DNA of 62,675 nt, filler included, from Choristocarpus tenellus KU-1152 (lineage: Eukaryota > Protista > Phaeophyceae): the NCBI GenBank assembly GCA_964200185.2. It is 9 parts of 9 records of this genome, joined end to end, with 100 filler letters (N's around TTAATTAATTAA, not from the genome) between each part and the next. Parts side by side here need not be neighbours in the genome. Positions count along the whole stretch, not along the records: positions 44,719 to 48,920 come from CAXNAD020015722.1; positions 49,021 to 59,676 come from CAXNAD020002802.1; 7 more parts are not named here. The stretch is one strand, 5' to 3'. Below the pieces are notes generated by a model. It searched no databases and was not told where the DNA came from. It worked only from the letters and a program-made list of their open reading frames with translations. Shown here piece after piece: positions 45,627 through 59,122 of the stretch (positions within the stretch are counted from its first letter, which is position 1; each line of letters opens with the position of its first letter). The position numbers were made by a program, and so were the translations under genes.

Positions 45627-46937
45627 CGTCTATCACACCCGGCTCTGTACAGAATGCGGAATACTGAGATGCACTTTGCGCACCAGCTGAAGCAAACATG
45701 CCGTGCTCATTGAGCAACTTGACATGTGCACACCTCCAAGCAACATATTGAAAAAAATATGCACATAAATTCTTACTTCTCATCCCTTCAAAACCACCAC
45801 ACCCATGTAACAGCACGTTTAACTTTAGCTTGCAAAGCTAAAAGGTCTGTTGTCATGGCTATTATAATATATCGCACAGAACGTCAGCAATGTCCTGTTT
45901 TATTGTCATGGTATGTATCTCTGACTATCCTAGGTAGATTCAACAGGAGTGACTGCTTGCTACTCCCAAGGTAATCTCAAAATGATCCTTCACACAAAGA
46001 AACCTCACCCAATTACTAGTTGTTATTAAAAAAATATAAATTATCATCCTTTCAGCACCTGCACATTGCACATGCCTGCGCGAAGGCATCTATCATCGCG
46101 TCCACATTTCCATTGATCAATTCTCTTGTTGCATCGTCCTTGCCTCATCCATCTATGCCTGAGCATGACAGAGTCGACGTGGATGTTTGCAGGAGTGAAT
46201 AGACCTCGAGGTTGCCAGCGTCAACGAGGGAGTCCAAGCCTTCAGATTTCTCATTGAAATGTCGTACTACTCCCCAAACTCCACCCCCATCGTAGCAGTC
46301 ACCGAGAATTAAGTGTAATCTGGAGATGTGTGGTCTCCTGGAAAAGGAAAACCGTGGGTCAAACTAACGCTTATAAGGAGGTGGTTTGTCGAAGGTTTCT
46401 CTTGACCATTTACAACAATGGTGACATCAACTCAAGCAGTGCTATATCAGGAATCGGTTGACTCTATTTATTGTACAGGGTGATTATATTCAGCACTATA
46501 GCGTCAAAACATGCCGTGCAAAGTACGGATTGTAAGAGACCAACCCAGCATACAGCATTCGGTTTTCCATGCAAGAAATGTGATAGTAGATATCCACAAG
46601 TTGTACATGTGCACATGTACGGTTTGCGACCCAGATTTCCGAGCTACAACGTACAGATACTACTTCCTCACCTCAAGCTATGTAATATCCCCAGATCATT
46701 TGCTGACCACGTTGCGCGTTCTCGATGGTGAACTCCTGGAACTATTCAATTGGGTCGTATTGAACGAGGTGTTGCAGAGGTCAAACACACCCCTGTCCGA
46801 GATTGGGGAACTGGGAAGAACGACTACATGTAATAGATGGGTCCCTCACTCGGTCGGAAAGTGGCTGGACCAGTGACGATGTACCCTGGGCGGGTGAAAG
46901 CGCTCCTCGAACAAAGTCGAGGCAGTTGCAGCCTTGA
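45627..46937 (-). CDS. Putative multi-exon gene of unknown function (candidate exons 46937-46850, 46741-46672, 46337-46205 and one ending at 45627)
   Basis: A series of AG acceptors and GTGAG donors gives a phase-compatible open frame (...ATWSANDLGILHSLRRPHISRLHLILGDCYDGGGVWGVVRHFNEK...). No family recognised. Confidence 0.35.
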
Positions 46938-48857
46938 CTGGTAAAGTCAGAAATATGTATTATGCCATAAGATGTTCTTGTAATGCTTATGCGGAAGTAT
47001 TCATATCAATACTCCATTTTGTTGGAAGATGGAAGCGGCGGATAGAAGTGATGGGTAGGGGGTGTGTGAGGTGTGTGTTATGTGGCGGGGGTTTTTAATT
47101 TTTGAGATTGATGATGAGGAACGATTGGAGCAATTAGAGGAGGTTGGGCGGTTGGGTTTATACTGTGGTCTATTGACCTGTAATATGTACAATCTTCGGG
47201 TCTGTTCGCAGTTTTCAACAAGGTAGTGAGTGACCATCATATTTCGATCAGTCTTTGGAGCAAGTTCTTCGTTGAATGAGATCATTTGTTTATAATATTG
47301 TAATCAGAACTGACTCATCATCATGAGAAAGTTGAAATTGATCCATGCATCCATAAGCAATGACGTAGGATTTATTAGTACCCGAGGAGAGTCTACCTTC
47401 GTATTGAAATTAATATGTTAATCAATATACTCTCGGAGTATTAATCTTCATATTGAACCTTCAACTGACCACTAGAACTACTATTATCGGAAGTTGAAAG
47501 GTTAATGGGAATAGAACAAGTATTTTATTGTACACACCACCACATAATTCCAATTAACAGTCGTACCAATAGAAAGACAGAAACTACAATACAAATTGGT
47601 TGAGGTATACAGACACCCACTTGTGAACTGTATGTACACATAGTCAATGTATGAGGATATATTATGGAACGTAGTGATTTGCACATAGTTAAATGGTGAC
47701 ATTTTGTTCAAAACTAGGATGAAATGTGACCCTATCCAACAACTATTACCATGGATATTTGGTGTGGATTCATTGTACATCTACATTGAACGTTGCCTCT
47801 TGTTGCGTCCATCAAAAATATCTCCTAAATGTTTCCAAAAATATACATATACATATTCGGATTTTTGTATTTGCAGTTTCACAGGAGACGTGGACAGGAT
47901 GTACTTCATACACAACATCCAAGGATACAAGAAAAAAGGCATATATACCCGTATTCATGTGCAGCTTATTATGACTGTTGAAACCTCAATTGAATGAAGG
48001 GTGCTTTCATGTACAATGGTTAGTTTGTGATGAAGGGGTGTCATGGTGCCAGCAAGCACCAGTGAATTTATCCTGTTGAAACCTAAGTCATGGCTTGCTC
48101 AGTCAGAAGATGGATGATGTGGATTCGAGGTTCTTATTGATACACTCAAACGAAGAAATGCATGCTGTAAGAAGATGCTTGCTACCTCGACGGATAAGGC
48201 TTTCTGTTAATGTTCTAACTCTGGATATATGGCATCCAGGTGCGTATTAGATACACTTAACGCAGAGTGAGTTTGGTGTCTTATGAGGGACCAATACCAA
48301 CCAAGAAAAATAATAATCAACAATTGACATAGAACTGGAGTTTTCTGTTGTTAAGAAGGAGAAAGGGAAAAACAAAAAACAAAGAAACACAACTTCAATG
48401 TCTTGTGAGAGCCATCTTCCAAAGAAGGTATACCTTGAAGGTAACCTATCGTTAAGAATCTGACATTCATTTGACTTCTTTTTTTCGTGTTGAGGGTAAC
48501 ATCTGCTTGAAGTAAATAACGTGTGGTTTGAGGGGACTTTACCAACCACCCTCAGTCACTGTACCACTTGTTCAACTCTTTTCCTGAGTGATCTTCTGAG
48601 GGATTCCTCTCCCTCTTTTCTTGTCTCTCTTGTGTTCCTTGCCTCCTGTTGGTCTTTCCGCTCCCCTTCTGTACAAAGAATCTGCAGGTTGTTTCCATCT
48701 ATTTCACAGTGTCGACGATGAAAAGACGTAACTCAAGCGACACATATATTATGCCTGTGTGTGTGATGGGTAACGACTGTTCTTATGATTGGTATGGACT
48801 AAGATAGCTGATCGTGTTGTGGAGCTTGTGATGCAAGTGAAAGTAACGACCAGTGCA

Positions 48858-48920
48858 GGGTCAAAGTATCTGGGGGGGGGTTGTGAGGGGGGGTTCGTTT
48901 CGGTCAAATAACTCTTTTTT
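48858..48920. mobile_element. Family B-type terminus at contig end
   Basis: GGGTCAAAGTATCT-poly(G). Confidence 0.7.
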
Positions 48921-49020
48921 NNNNNNNNNNNNNNNNNNNNNNNNNNNNNNNNNNNNNNNNNNNNTTAATTAATTAANNNNNNNNNNNNNNNNNNNNNNNN
49001 NNNNNNNNNNNNNNNNNNNN
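48921..49020. other. Artificial contig spacer
   Basis: Same linker. Confidence 0.98.
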
Positions 49021-49034
49021 GGTGTGTGTCAGGT

Positions 49035-52000
49035 CTATGCTAGGCATCTTATCTGTGGAGCCATCCACCCAGAGGGGGGGGGGATAGAAACTGGCAAACT
49101 TTGATCCTGGGAACTACTGAGTGGTAGCCAACCTCTAACGCCTGAGTCTCGACTATCAGGTTCCGTGTGGCAATCTTGCAGAGCTGACAGCATTCCTGGG
49201 AGTGTGGCATCAACTGTTTCCTGAAATAACATTTGTACTACACCTAGACTCGGTTCATAATGTGAGGGAGGAGTACACTCTAGTTCTGAATCTACCAACG
49301 CACAGAGAGAGCAAGGGGACAATGTAGGGTGACCTGGGCTTAGGTCTGATGTACCTAAATCCTGTAGACGTACACCCTCTAAGACAGGTCCTCGCGGTCC
49401 AGCGTAGCTCTTGCTACAAGCTACTGACGGATCATCAGAAAAATAATCGTCGATATCCAAACCTGATACTGTTGGTGAGGAGAGTCGTGACAGTCCATCC
49501 GGTAGTTGGTGCTTCGAACCTGCTCGCCACTTAAGTTCCATGTCGTGGTCCATAAGGCGGAGGGCCCACCTGTGGAGTTTGGGGCTAAGTTCATGACTCT
49601 TGAAGAGTCAAGTCAGTGCTGAGCAATCGGTGACTAGGGTGAATTTCCTACCCCAAATGTAGGAGCGGAAGTGTTCTACAGCCCACAAGATAGCCATGGA
49701 TTCCCTTTCAGTGGGTGCTCTCCTACTGTCTGTTTTAGACCATCTATGGCTAGCATATGCTATGACATGTTCTTGGTCATCATCCTGTACCTGGGTCAGC
49801 GTTGCTCCAGCCCCTTCTTCACTCGCATCTGGACGGAGGAGGAACGGCTTATCCCAGTCAGGAAAAACTAGGATTGGTGGAGAGACCAGACGCACCTTAA
49901 GTTTTTCAAAGGCCTTCTGCTCCTCTGATCCCCAAGGGATACTCTTCTCCCTATCTCTTTTGGAAACATACACTTTATTCCGGAGGATGTCAGTCAGTGG
50001 TGCAGCTACTTGGCCATAGTTCGGAACAAACTGTCGCATGTATCCTGTCATGCCTAGAAAACTTCTTAACTGCTCAACTGTAGATGAGGGATGAAGCTTT
50101 GCTACTGCTATCATTTTTGATGGAGCAGGGCTCAAGCCATCTCTAGCTACCTTCATTCCTACAAATTCCTGTGAAGGCATGCACCACAAGGATTTGGGGA
50201 AGTTCACAGACAGGCCGTATTGCTTGAGTCTGGACAGGAGGAGGCGATGTTTGGTCATGTGCTCATCAAATGATGAACTATCGCAAAAAAGATCGTCTAG
50301 CCAGTTTTCTACACCGTTTCCTTTGAGATATCCTAAGGCCTCTCTCAATTAACTAGAGAATACTGCAGGTAAGAAGGTTTTCAACCCAAAGCCACACCTG
50401 TTATATTCCCAAAGTTGTCCATGAGCGTCACGGAAGGCTATCTTATGTTTGTCTACCTCTGCTATTTCTGGTTGAAAGAATCCAGACGCTAGGTATATGG
50501 CAGTAAAATAGCTAGAACCCTTAAGCTCATCAAAGGTGCTGGCGATGTTCCCGAGACCTCCACTATCACTATGCGAGATATCATTAAGCATCCTATAGCC
50601 TGTGCACAGCCTCAGGGTCCCATCTTTCTTACGTACTGCTACAACTACTGCTGCCCACACAGAGGTGGAGGGTCTAATGATACCACGTTCCTGTAACTGC
50701 TTAGCCTCGGCCTGAATCATCTGCGATTCTTCGGGGGAGAAGCGCCTTTGTTTCCCTGCGTAGGGTGTACAGTTCTCATCTAATTGTAGTATGTGTAGTA
50801 CTCCTCTAGAGCATAGGGGAACTCGTTTGGGATCTTCAGGGAATACCACTAAATGTCTAAGTTCCTCTAACAATTCCACCAACTGTTCCTTCTGCCCCGA
50901 TGTCATCTGTCCCATATTGGCATCGTTAAGGATCACCGATTGATGCCGGACCCCCTTGGCTTCATCTGAAAGGATATCTTCTTCCTCTGCTACCGGGCAG
51001 TCACCAGTCTCGTCTGCTTCTGGGGAATGCCTTGTCTGAGGACTAGTTGTGGCAAGCAGGACCTATGCTCTTTGAGGGTCTTTGGGGGATTTGGTTAGAG
51101 ACTGAAAGAGTGCAACCACCCTCTCTGTATCCTGAGTATTTAGATCAATCGCCTTTGCAGCTGGCAGCCCTGCCTGGACCATACTGGGCTTACTGCACGT
51201 ATTCACCAGCTTGCAATAAATGGGGGTCTCTGGGTTCCACCATTGTACACCTCTGGCAACTCCGACAGCATTTCCTAATTCCAGGTTATACTCTGATAAG
51301 GGCTCAATCACCACCAACTGTCTGGATTGTGGTTGTGCCCCCTTATCGAATCCTCTTGCAGACGTTGTTGACAAACCCTTCTACATGTTCTACTTCTGAC
51401 AAACGCAATTCCCATTGCAGGGTCCCATCGTCCCCCCACGCTACCTCTACCGGAAGGGGTACTACACCTGGACTCTCCAGTGATGGGGTCAGAGGATCCT
51501 TGTCCTGGGTAAGATCTATTGTTGCGATACCTGCCTCTGGATCCGCATCTGAGGTGCCTACTTCTGGGTCTACATAAAAAAACTTGCATGTTCCTTCTCA
51601 GGTTGCGTATGTTCACCAGTTGGAGTACTAGTGCATCTTGGGAATCTAGGGAGTGCGTCAGGGGGGGTTCTCTACATCCAGCTGATCTGGGGTTATTGAG
51701 AGGTAGTCTGTGGTACTTGGATGGTCGGGTTATGGGTATCATTGATGCTTGCCACTCGCTTGCCACTCTCCTAGGGCTAACAGGGGTGCATTGTTATCAC
51801 TAGATCTGGGTGCCATAGCTCGGAAAAATTCCTACAGTGCTGCATTGGATTCCACAAACGGAAACGCTCGGACTGTCCCATATTGTACAGAGAAGCCCTT
51901 AACAGAACTCAATTCGAGTGAGGCGAAGTCAATATCTGTAAAAGAAGGCTCTTGTTTGCAGGTTTCATGTTGTGAATGGACAAAGATCGATTCCACAAGA

Positions 52001-52200
52001 ACCTCATGCTTGGAGAAGTCAGCACTCAGAAACCAAAAGGGGAGAAGGGAGGTCCAGAGGAAAACTGGACGGCTTTCAACATCATAGCTGATCAGTGGAT
52101 TCTCTTTGCAAAATTCTCAAACACTTGTCACAGATGTGTGGAGGTTGGAGCGAAATATTTCATGGATGCCTTGGCATATCGCTGAGGTCGAAGCAGCCAC
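49035..52200 (-). mobile_element. Ty3/gypsy LTR retrotransposon pol remnant (RT and RNase H, in-frame stops); degenerate protease/gag probably extends to about 53600
   Basis: RT motifs GIIRPSTSVWAA, KKDGTLRLC, LASGFFQ, AF, CGFGLK, WLDDL, LRSFLGMTGY; RNase H motifs DAS, ERESMAILWAVEHFRSY, TDCSALT, HQLPDGLSRL. RT precedes RNase H; the integrase would lie off-contig. Confidence 0.93.
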
Positions 52201-55200
52201 AGTCCGTCACATGAAAAGTGGTCGTGACCACCAATAACACTCAATATTACCTGCTTAACTTCTTCTCTGATTCTTCTTTGGAGGAGAAGGGGACTGGATT
52301 CCTTTGGCTAACTTAAGATACTCTTCTTTTTATTGACGATAGTAGGTTGTATCTAGCTGGTGTAAGGGCTTAACTCAGATGCCCTGAAGTGTGTATGGAT
52401 GTATGCCGCTTCTTACACCAATTGTGGTCCAGATAGATACTGGAGCTGCTCTTCGAATTGTGCTTTTAATTCTGCTTATTAATTTCTATCTCTTTGGACT
52501 TGACTGGTGGATCTGCCCTTTTGAACTTTCTATGTATGATGAATCTGCTTTTTTTTGTTGGCACATAGGTCCTATTCCTTCTTTGCTCCCATTTTTTTTC
52601 ATTTCCTTTCTGACCACCAGTTCGAGTATGTTGTGGGTTGTTCCCTTCTCCTTGAAAATATCTGCCAGTTATTTTTCTTTCAAACATTAATGGAACATAT
52701 AGTTCGAACTAATGTGTGGTAATTAATCAATCAACCTACCAATCAACCAATCAATTAAACGCAATCTGGTTGACGAACGTGACTTGATATCTACACCTAC
52801 CTATGTCTAAAATACCACTTCATCCCTCTGTAGTTTAGGCTATTTATATTTACCGAATGTGTGCACTTATCATCGTTGCTGATAAGGCCTCTAAAAACAT
52901 GCTCTTGATATTTTTAGCAATCTTGACAATCAATGGCACTCCCTGCAATGACAGTGGTTTAGAATGCCTAGAAATAAGTTAGTTTCCAAGACTTAATGTT
53001 ATGCCTACACACAAGTTTCTTGTTCTGAATAGTGTTAATACTACGAAGTACAATTATAGTAGTACGGTGATTTATTAAATCGTGTGATATAACCACCTTC
53101 ATTCCAAGGTATACAATCGGGGTACCCTTCCTCTAAATGGTGTACCTTGGAGTCTGTTCATCTGTCACGAATGTTAGATGCAGACAGAGGGCACTTCTTC
53201 CCAATGACATAAGCACCAGGAACGTTATAGGGTACTAATTCAGTCTCCTGTAATTGTTCCTTACCTCCTTTCTCATCTGAGGGTCCGCGGCACAAGTTCG
53301 CTGGAAAAGTTGGAGTGATGAGTGGTGGGATGTTGAATCTAATGTGTGAGTAGAAAGGCACGAACGGACGGAGGTAGTACATTTAGTTGCAGTGCAGAAG
53401 TTGATTACCGTACTTTGAGAAGTAGCGCAAGTAAGTAGCAAGTAGCGCAAGTGTGCAGTGCCTCTGACATGGGCTGAGATGGTCCCCAGACGAGATTCAA
53501 ACAAACAGAACAACAATACAAGTAAGCAAAATGAATGAGGCAAACAATGGAAAATAAAATTTAAAAAGAAGTGTGTGATTGCTGGGTCAGACTCAATCAA
53601 GCAAAATTTGTATCCTGTGTCGGCCTCAAGCCTAGTGACTGAGAAGTACACAGTGAAGACAATAAGAAGTAGAGAATCAGGAGATTAGAAAAGAAAATTC
53701 TCATCTGCATCTACTCCAACCCACCTCCTGATTGCTCATATCCATGAGGAGAACACAGTGTGATAGGGGAGTGCAGTTTTGGAAAGATGGATTCTTCTGA
53801 ATGAAATCCAGTATATGCATTAGAGTGGGCATTATTAATAGTGGGGTATACTGAATATTCTTCAACAGGAATAAGAACTGATTGGGAAACTGGTGGAATA
53901 GGAATTTTATGGGTGGATACAGGATTATCCAATTACATGAGGGAGTGTACATACAGTAAATAATTTTGTGGGACTGCAGGCAACTGATGGTGTCAGGGCT
54001 AAGCAGGAGAACAAGATCAATCCTATATCACCAGTTGTAGGGATTTTGGTGGGAACTAGTTGTGTCAGAGTTTGGGTTAAATAAATTATAGGACACCATC
54101 AGCTACAACCAATGGTGTTTGCAACCTCCCAACGACCCAATGATTTGAGGGAGCAATGAGTTTGATGGGAGTGATTTGGGAAAGTGAGAATGGAATGCGA
54201 ACTGGAAAAAGTGATTACCTCCAGAAAAACATTTGGATTGGCGAAAGACGTGGAGAAAGGAGGGAGGGAGCAAGACTGATAAAATAAACGTGGTACTCAG
54301 AGAAATCCAGAGTTTTGATAGAAGAACGGTGTGTGAAGGCAAACCACAACAAAATACTGGTGTCTTTGCACATGCATGACCAATCAGTTCATAGCATTGC
54401 TAACACATGCTACACTAAAACAAAATCAACACAAGACCTTAATATATGGACTCTACCACAACCCTACAACATGCTCACCCCACAATGCATAGCACTTCCT
54501 TGCCCCTAAGTCTCAGCATAACCCACCCTCAAGCCTACATGTTGGAGTGGACAGTTCGGCATTGCACTATTGAACGAGTTTTAAAATACTATTCCTCTTT
54601 GAAGAAAGGTTCTGGTCTTTGAACTGATTCCATTTAAATTAAAAGTGGAAATAATGGTCCACCTGATTGTATTACAAAGCCTGTCCTCCACAGGCAAGAT
54701 CAGTATCTCATGGAGTAACATTAATGGAGTAAAATAGTGAACTTCATAATGGCCAATGTATATTCTAGAGCTCTAGTGTATGTAAATGTATGACACAAAC
54801 AAAACAATCCAAGATATCGCCCCTATTTGAGTTTGTCTCTATTGGCTGTGGCTCTGCTACCATACCTTTGAGTCAAACGAGACGCAAGAAGAATGCTCTC
54901 TCACAATACTGGGCTCTGTGTATCAGAGTGGACAGTTTCATACCGTACTATTTTAGAAAATTATATACACAATGGAGTATGATGTATTGAAGGAATGGTA
55001 TTTAAGTAGATATTGACCCTCTCATACCTTATTGCGTATCAAAATAATAAAATGACACTCTAGTGGTGTATTTCAACCTAAGTAAAGCAAGTCTACCATG
55101 AGACCCTCAACCAGTGGTGCTCCTGTAGGGGTCTAACTGCATAGCCATGCACCAGCACTACTCAAATTTCATTGTTCCCGCTGCAATGCCTAATGTAGCA

Positions 55201-56176
55201 GGATATCTTTTTGATTCTTCTTTATTAAACGCCTAATTGTACAGAACAGTCACGTGTTTTCTTGTTCAATGGTGGCATCAACTACGAACCACTTGGATAA
55301 GACAAAAAATCTATGTAGTACACTTAGTATATTGTACCTCCCAGTTATGGGCAAACAACATGTATGCAGTGCAAACTAACATGAATCAGGCAGGAAACTA
55401 TTTTGAGTCTGCAAGAGGAAACAATGCTGAAAAATTAAAAGTATTGTGACTCAGGCGATGTACTGCAGCATAATTTTCTCACTCCTTTATATTGGAATGT
55501 ATCTGAGTGTGTACAGCTGACAGCAAGAAAAGGTCATGCAAAAGCAGGGAGTAAAAGGATTGTCAAGATATCTGACATTCTATCCACTCTGATGAGTCAA
55601 AGCTGAAGAGACTTAGAACCTGGTTGAATTTGGGGGTAAGTGCGATTTTGACCCAAAATTGAGTCCATGTAAGAATGCAACAAGCATTTGTGACGAGAAA
55701 GTCCGAAGACCTGCTAGATCTGCGAGGAAGTTTCAGTTACATCTTTTGGTTCGCACCAGCAACAAAAGAAAATTCACGACAAAGAGTCACGCAAATTAAT
55801 TCTCTGATAAACAGAATAACTCCGCCTTTCCTTGCGTTGGGCTAGGACGACCCCAACTAATTCTTGACAAAAGAGCAATACATGCCCCAATACCAACAAC
55901 GCAAAATCTAACAATGAGTCTTCAAGGAAGGGAAAAATTACAGTCTTCGCTAGAAGGGTAGAAATTTCATCAGAAAAGGGAAGGGGGTATTCACAAACTC
56001 TTCGTTCTCAACATGTCAATGCTTCAATCTTATAACGCAAGGCTGGTTGCCCTTCCCAGTGAACTAACGAAACTCAAGTCAGCTCCCTCCAAGGTGTGCT
56101 ACGTTCAAGTAGACCCCAGGTACCTGCAGTGACATATTATTCCAATGTACTCCTCCATTTTCATACCAAATGCTCA

Positions 56177-56473
56177 CTACTCGTCCTCATCCCCGTTTCC
56201 TGATGGAGGCTTCAGCACGCCGTATGTTTTACTCTTCATTAGTGCTGCGTATTTGGTGGTGAGTTCCTTGCAGTTTACGTAGTGATTAACCCCTTCTTTC
56301 CGATAGCAGTCGACAATCTTGAGCCTTAGAAGATTGAATCGTTCCTTGGCAATCATCTCTTCGCGCACCGCTTGTTCCTTGGACTTCATCCACGCCACTG
56401 GGTCGCTCTTGTCAGAGGGGTCAACATGCGGGCATGGATTCAGCTCCACGTCCGATAACCTTACTCCCGACAT
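56177..56473 (-). CDS. NDUFB10: Mitochondrial complex I subunit PDSW/NDUFB10, intronless, 98 aa
   Basis: DPVAW...REEMIAKER...CYRKEGVNHYVNCKEL..KY signature. Confidence 0.9.
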   Translation of the reverse strand: MSGVRLSDVELNPCPHVDPSDKSDPVAWMKSKEQAVREEMIAKERFNLLRLKIVDCYRKEGVNHYVNCKELTTKYAALMKSKTYGVLKPPSGNGDEDE

Positions 56474-56692
56474 GCTGATCTACTAAGGTCGTCCGTAGGA
56501 ATACAACACCTAAATCTGTTCTTTGCGCTCGAGGCGGTTTGTGTTGTCTCAAAATTGTGTGACACTCTCTAAAAACCTCTAATAAAACAACAATCTCACA
56601 ACAAAAAGCCTCCTTATCTCAGTGCTATACCAACCCACTATAACTACCTGTATCATTGCAACCCGTTCAGTATTTAGAAGTGGCTATCACGT

Positions 56693-58448
56693 ATGGTGCG
56701 CACTGTTGTACAAACCAGTGTCGCCCTCGGGGCCCTGGTGTTGAATGCATCGGCTTTCGATATCCCTCGACATAGCACTCAGTTCAATGTTGCAGGGACG
56801 GGGCCTGCGCGACAAACATCTCAATTGACGTATCGCTGGACAGGGGATCATCCAGCAACTGCAAAATGCTGTGGTGTGTTGGGGTGAGTAAGCCTCACGG
56901 AAGTATGATCTTCACGATGGCCCCATTCTTTTGCCCGTGGAGTGTCACTATCAGGCATCGATTCATTCCAATCAAAGTCCTCCCAACCCCCCAAGAGCTG
57001 CACATGGAGCCAGGCTTAACCAGGCAACACTGCTATTGGCTACAGGGGACAATCCACTGAACAGGAATGATGAAGAGCGTGCCAGGATTAATGATCTTAT
57101 CGCAATTCTGTTGGCTAGTCCAGAGGAAGCGTGGAAGCCGGATGTCCTTGATCCTTTCGTGGACATCCTTCTCACTGGAGCCTTGTATCGCCAGACAATG
57201 GATGACCGCCAGGCTAAGGTTCGAAGCGCTGAGGAACAAGAGGTACTGACTAAGGTTGATGCTTTTCTTTCTGGATACTTGAGCGTCGAGATGCGGCGTG
57301 CTTCGAGGAGGAAGGTGAGACAACCAACACTTGCATCTTGCCAAATCGCATTTAGTTGCAAAATGGATGCATAGGGTTTTTCAAGCAGTTCAATGAAACA
57401 ACTACCAACCCCAAATTCAAAATGGCAGGTATCGGATATCTTGAAGTCGGCAATTGAGGGCCCTGCAGCTCTGGACCGGTGCTTGAAAAGTCTTGCGAGT
57501 AACAATCAACTTGATGGCGATCTAAAAGACTATTTGTCGAATTTGGTCGAAACCAAGGTGGGACCTGTATCCTTTACAGGCAGAAAACGATCTTCTGTCC
57601 CTTTCACATTAGCTTGTGCACGTCTTGAGACTCCCTTAGGTCCGCGCTGCTGAATCCCTCGTCGAATTCTTGCCACTTGGTGACTTCCCCAAATTTTCCT
57701 TGCTCCCAACAATCTGTCCTTTTCTGTTTGTTCGATAACTACAGTCCGTTATGTCGTCGCCAGGGTCCCCACTCCTCAAGGTTCTCAAGACAGTAAAGGC
57801 GCGAGTTGATGCAGAGGACAAGGCAGTGTAAGCAAAGCCCCCAACCCCACATTCACCTAAGCAGATCAATGACACATAGCTCCTACCACTAGCAACTATT
57901 CAGATGTAATCTTATGCAATAATGATCTCACGGATATATACAAGCATGCTCTTTCACACTTTGCCAATTGGATGTGTCCTGTGGTTGATTGAGTGCCCTT
58001 CCCATTTTTTGTGTGCTTTGGCAAAGCTTGACACTCATTAGGTTGTCATGAGGGTTTCATTTGAAACCCTCCATTTCACATTGATGTACCAACAGGGAAG
58101 ACTGCCAACTGGGGTGACATTTTTGAATATGTGTTGACAACCTTGAACGAACTATTGGCATCTAACCCACTATATGATAATTGTCCTCACAGGGAGACAC
58201 CAGAGATTCGCATTTTGGCACAGGCACTGACCTTTGACAACCCTTCCAAGAGGCAAGAGTACCTGACGGAGGCGTTTGCAACTCTTGAAGAACTGGATGA
58301 CTTCGTCAAGTTTGTCCAACACGGCATTGACTACTTTGGGAATGAAACTGGATTTGCCATGCGGTCAAACATGCCGTCGGAGAATCTCTACAAGATGAAG
58401 GCAATTTATGCAGATGCTGCAGCCATCAGGAGGCAGTACCTGAAGTGA
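56693..58448 (+). CDS. Plastid-targeted alpha-helical protein, possibly At4g37920/PALE CRESS-like; exons 56693-56883, 56996-57314, 57429-57557, 57745-57827, 58193-58448
   Basis: Signal peptide ending ASA|F followed by a transit-like stretch; splice phases consistent. The segments LKSLASNNQLD and PEIRILAQALTFDNPSKRQEYLTEAF resemble that family from memory only; the family call is tentative. Confidence 0.75.
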
Positions 58449-59122
58449 TACGTTGGACTTAGCTATGTTGTAGAATACCACAGACAGAACATCTTTGTGT
58501 GAGTTACGCCAGGAGAGTCCCCTTGACCATGGCTGGTGTGCACTTGCCGCCATAGATCGGTAGCCCCCATCTGAATTGGGGTAGATATTGCCATTTGCTT
58601 TTTCCCTTGAACTAACTCAGAGTATATGACAAAGCTGTAGTTGGCATTTACTCCTCACCATGTAATAATTGAATGTCCCATAAATATAATTCCAGGTAGT
58701 AAAAAAGTCAAATATTTAGCAGGCCTCTGCATTCTGCACTATCCCTGCCAGTCAAACTGGATATACAAGTCTTATCTTGTGAACATTGTCGTAAGTAAGT
58801 GTTCGCATTGTAAACAAATTAGACTCGTCTATCAAGAAACGCAATGCACAGAGTCTGTTCAAGAGAACTGTGCATCAATGAGCTACAAATGTCTTGAAGG
58901 GTTTGTTGAGGGGGGACGTGTGTTAATCACTAAAGTTGGGTCCTCCTTGCAGTAGTGACAAGTACTCTAACCCCATGGAATGCAACCTTGACCACAGCAC
59001 AGGTATCACTAAATTACTTCAAATATATAATCCAGTATTAGAGTCCTAACAAACCACCCCTGACTTCAAGCTACCTCTATTGACTTTAATAAGTCAACTG
59101 GAGTAGGAACCTATCTCAGTTG

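Noticed and set aside
46670-46680. TGA just before a GT donor as a possible selenocysteine codon
   Set aside because: The next exon closes after a few codons in that phase, and no SECIS element was identified.
47500-48300. AT-rich ORF fragments as a possible viral insertion
   Set aside because: No viral hallmark motif recognised and the frames are short, so this cannot be supported without a search.
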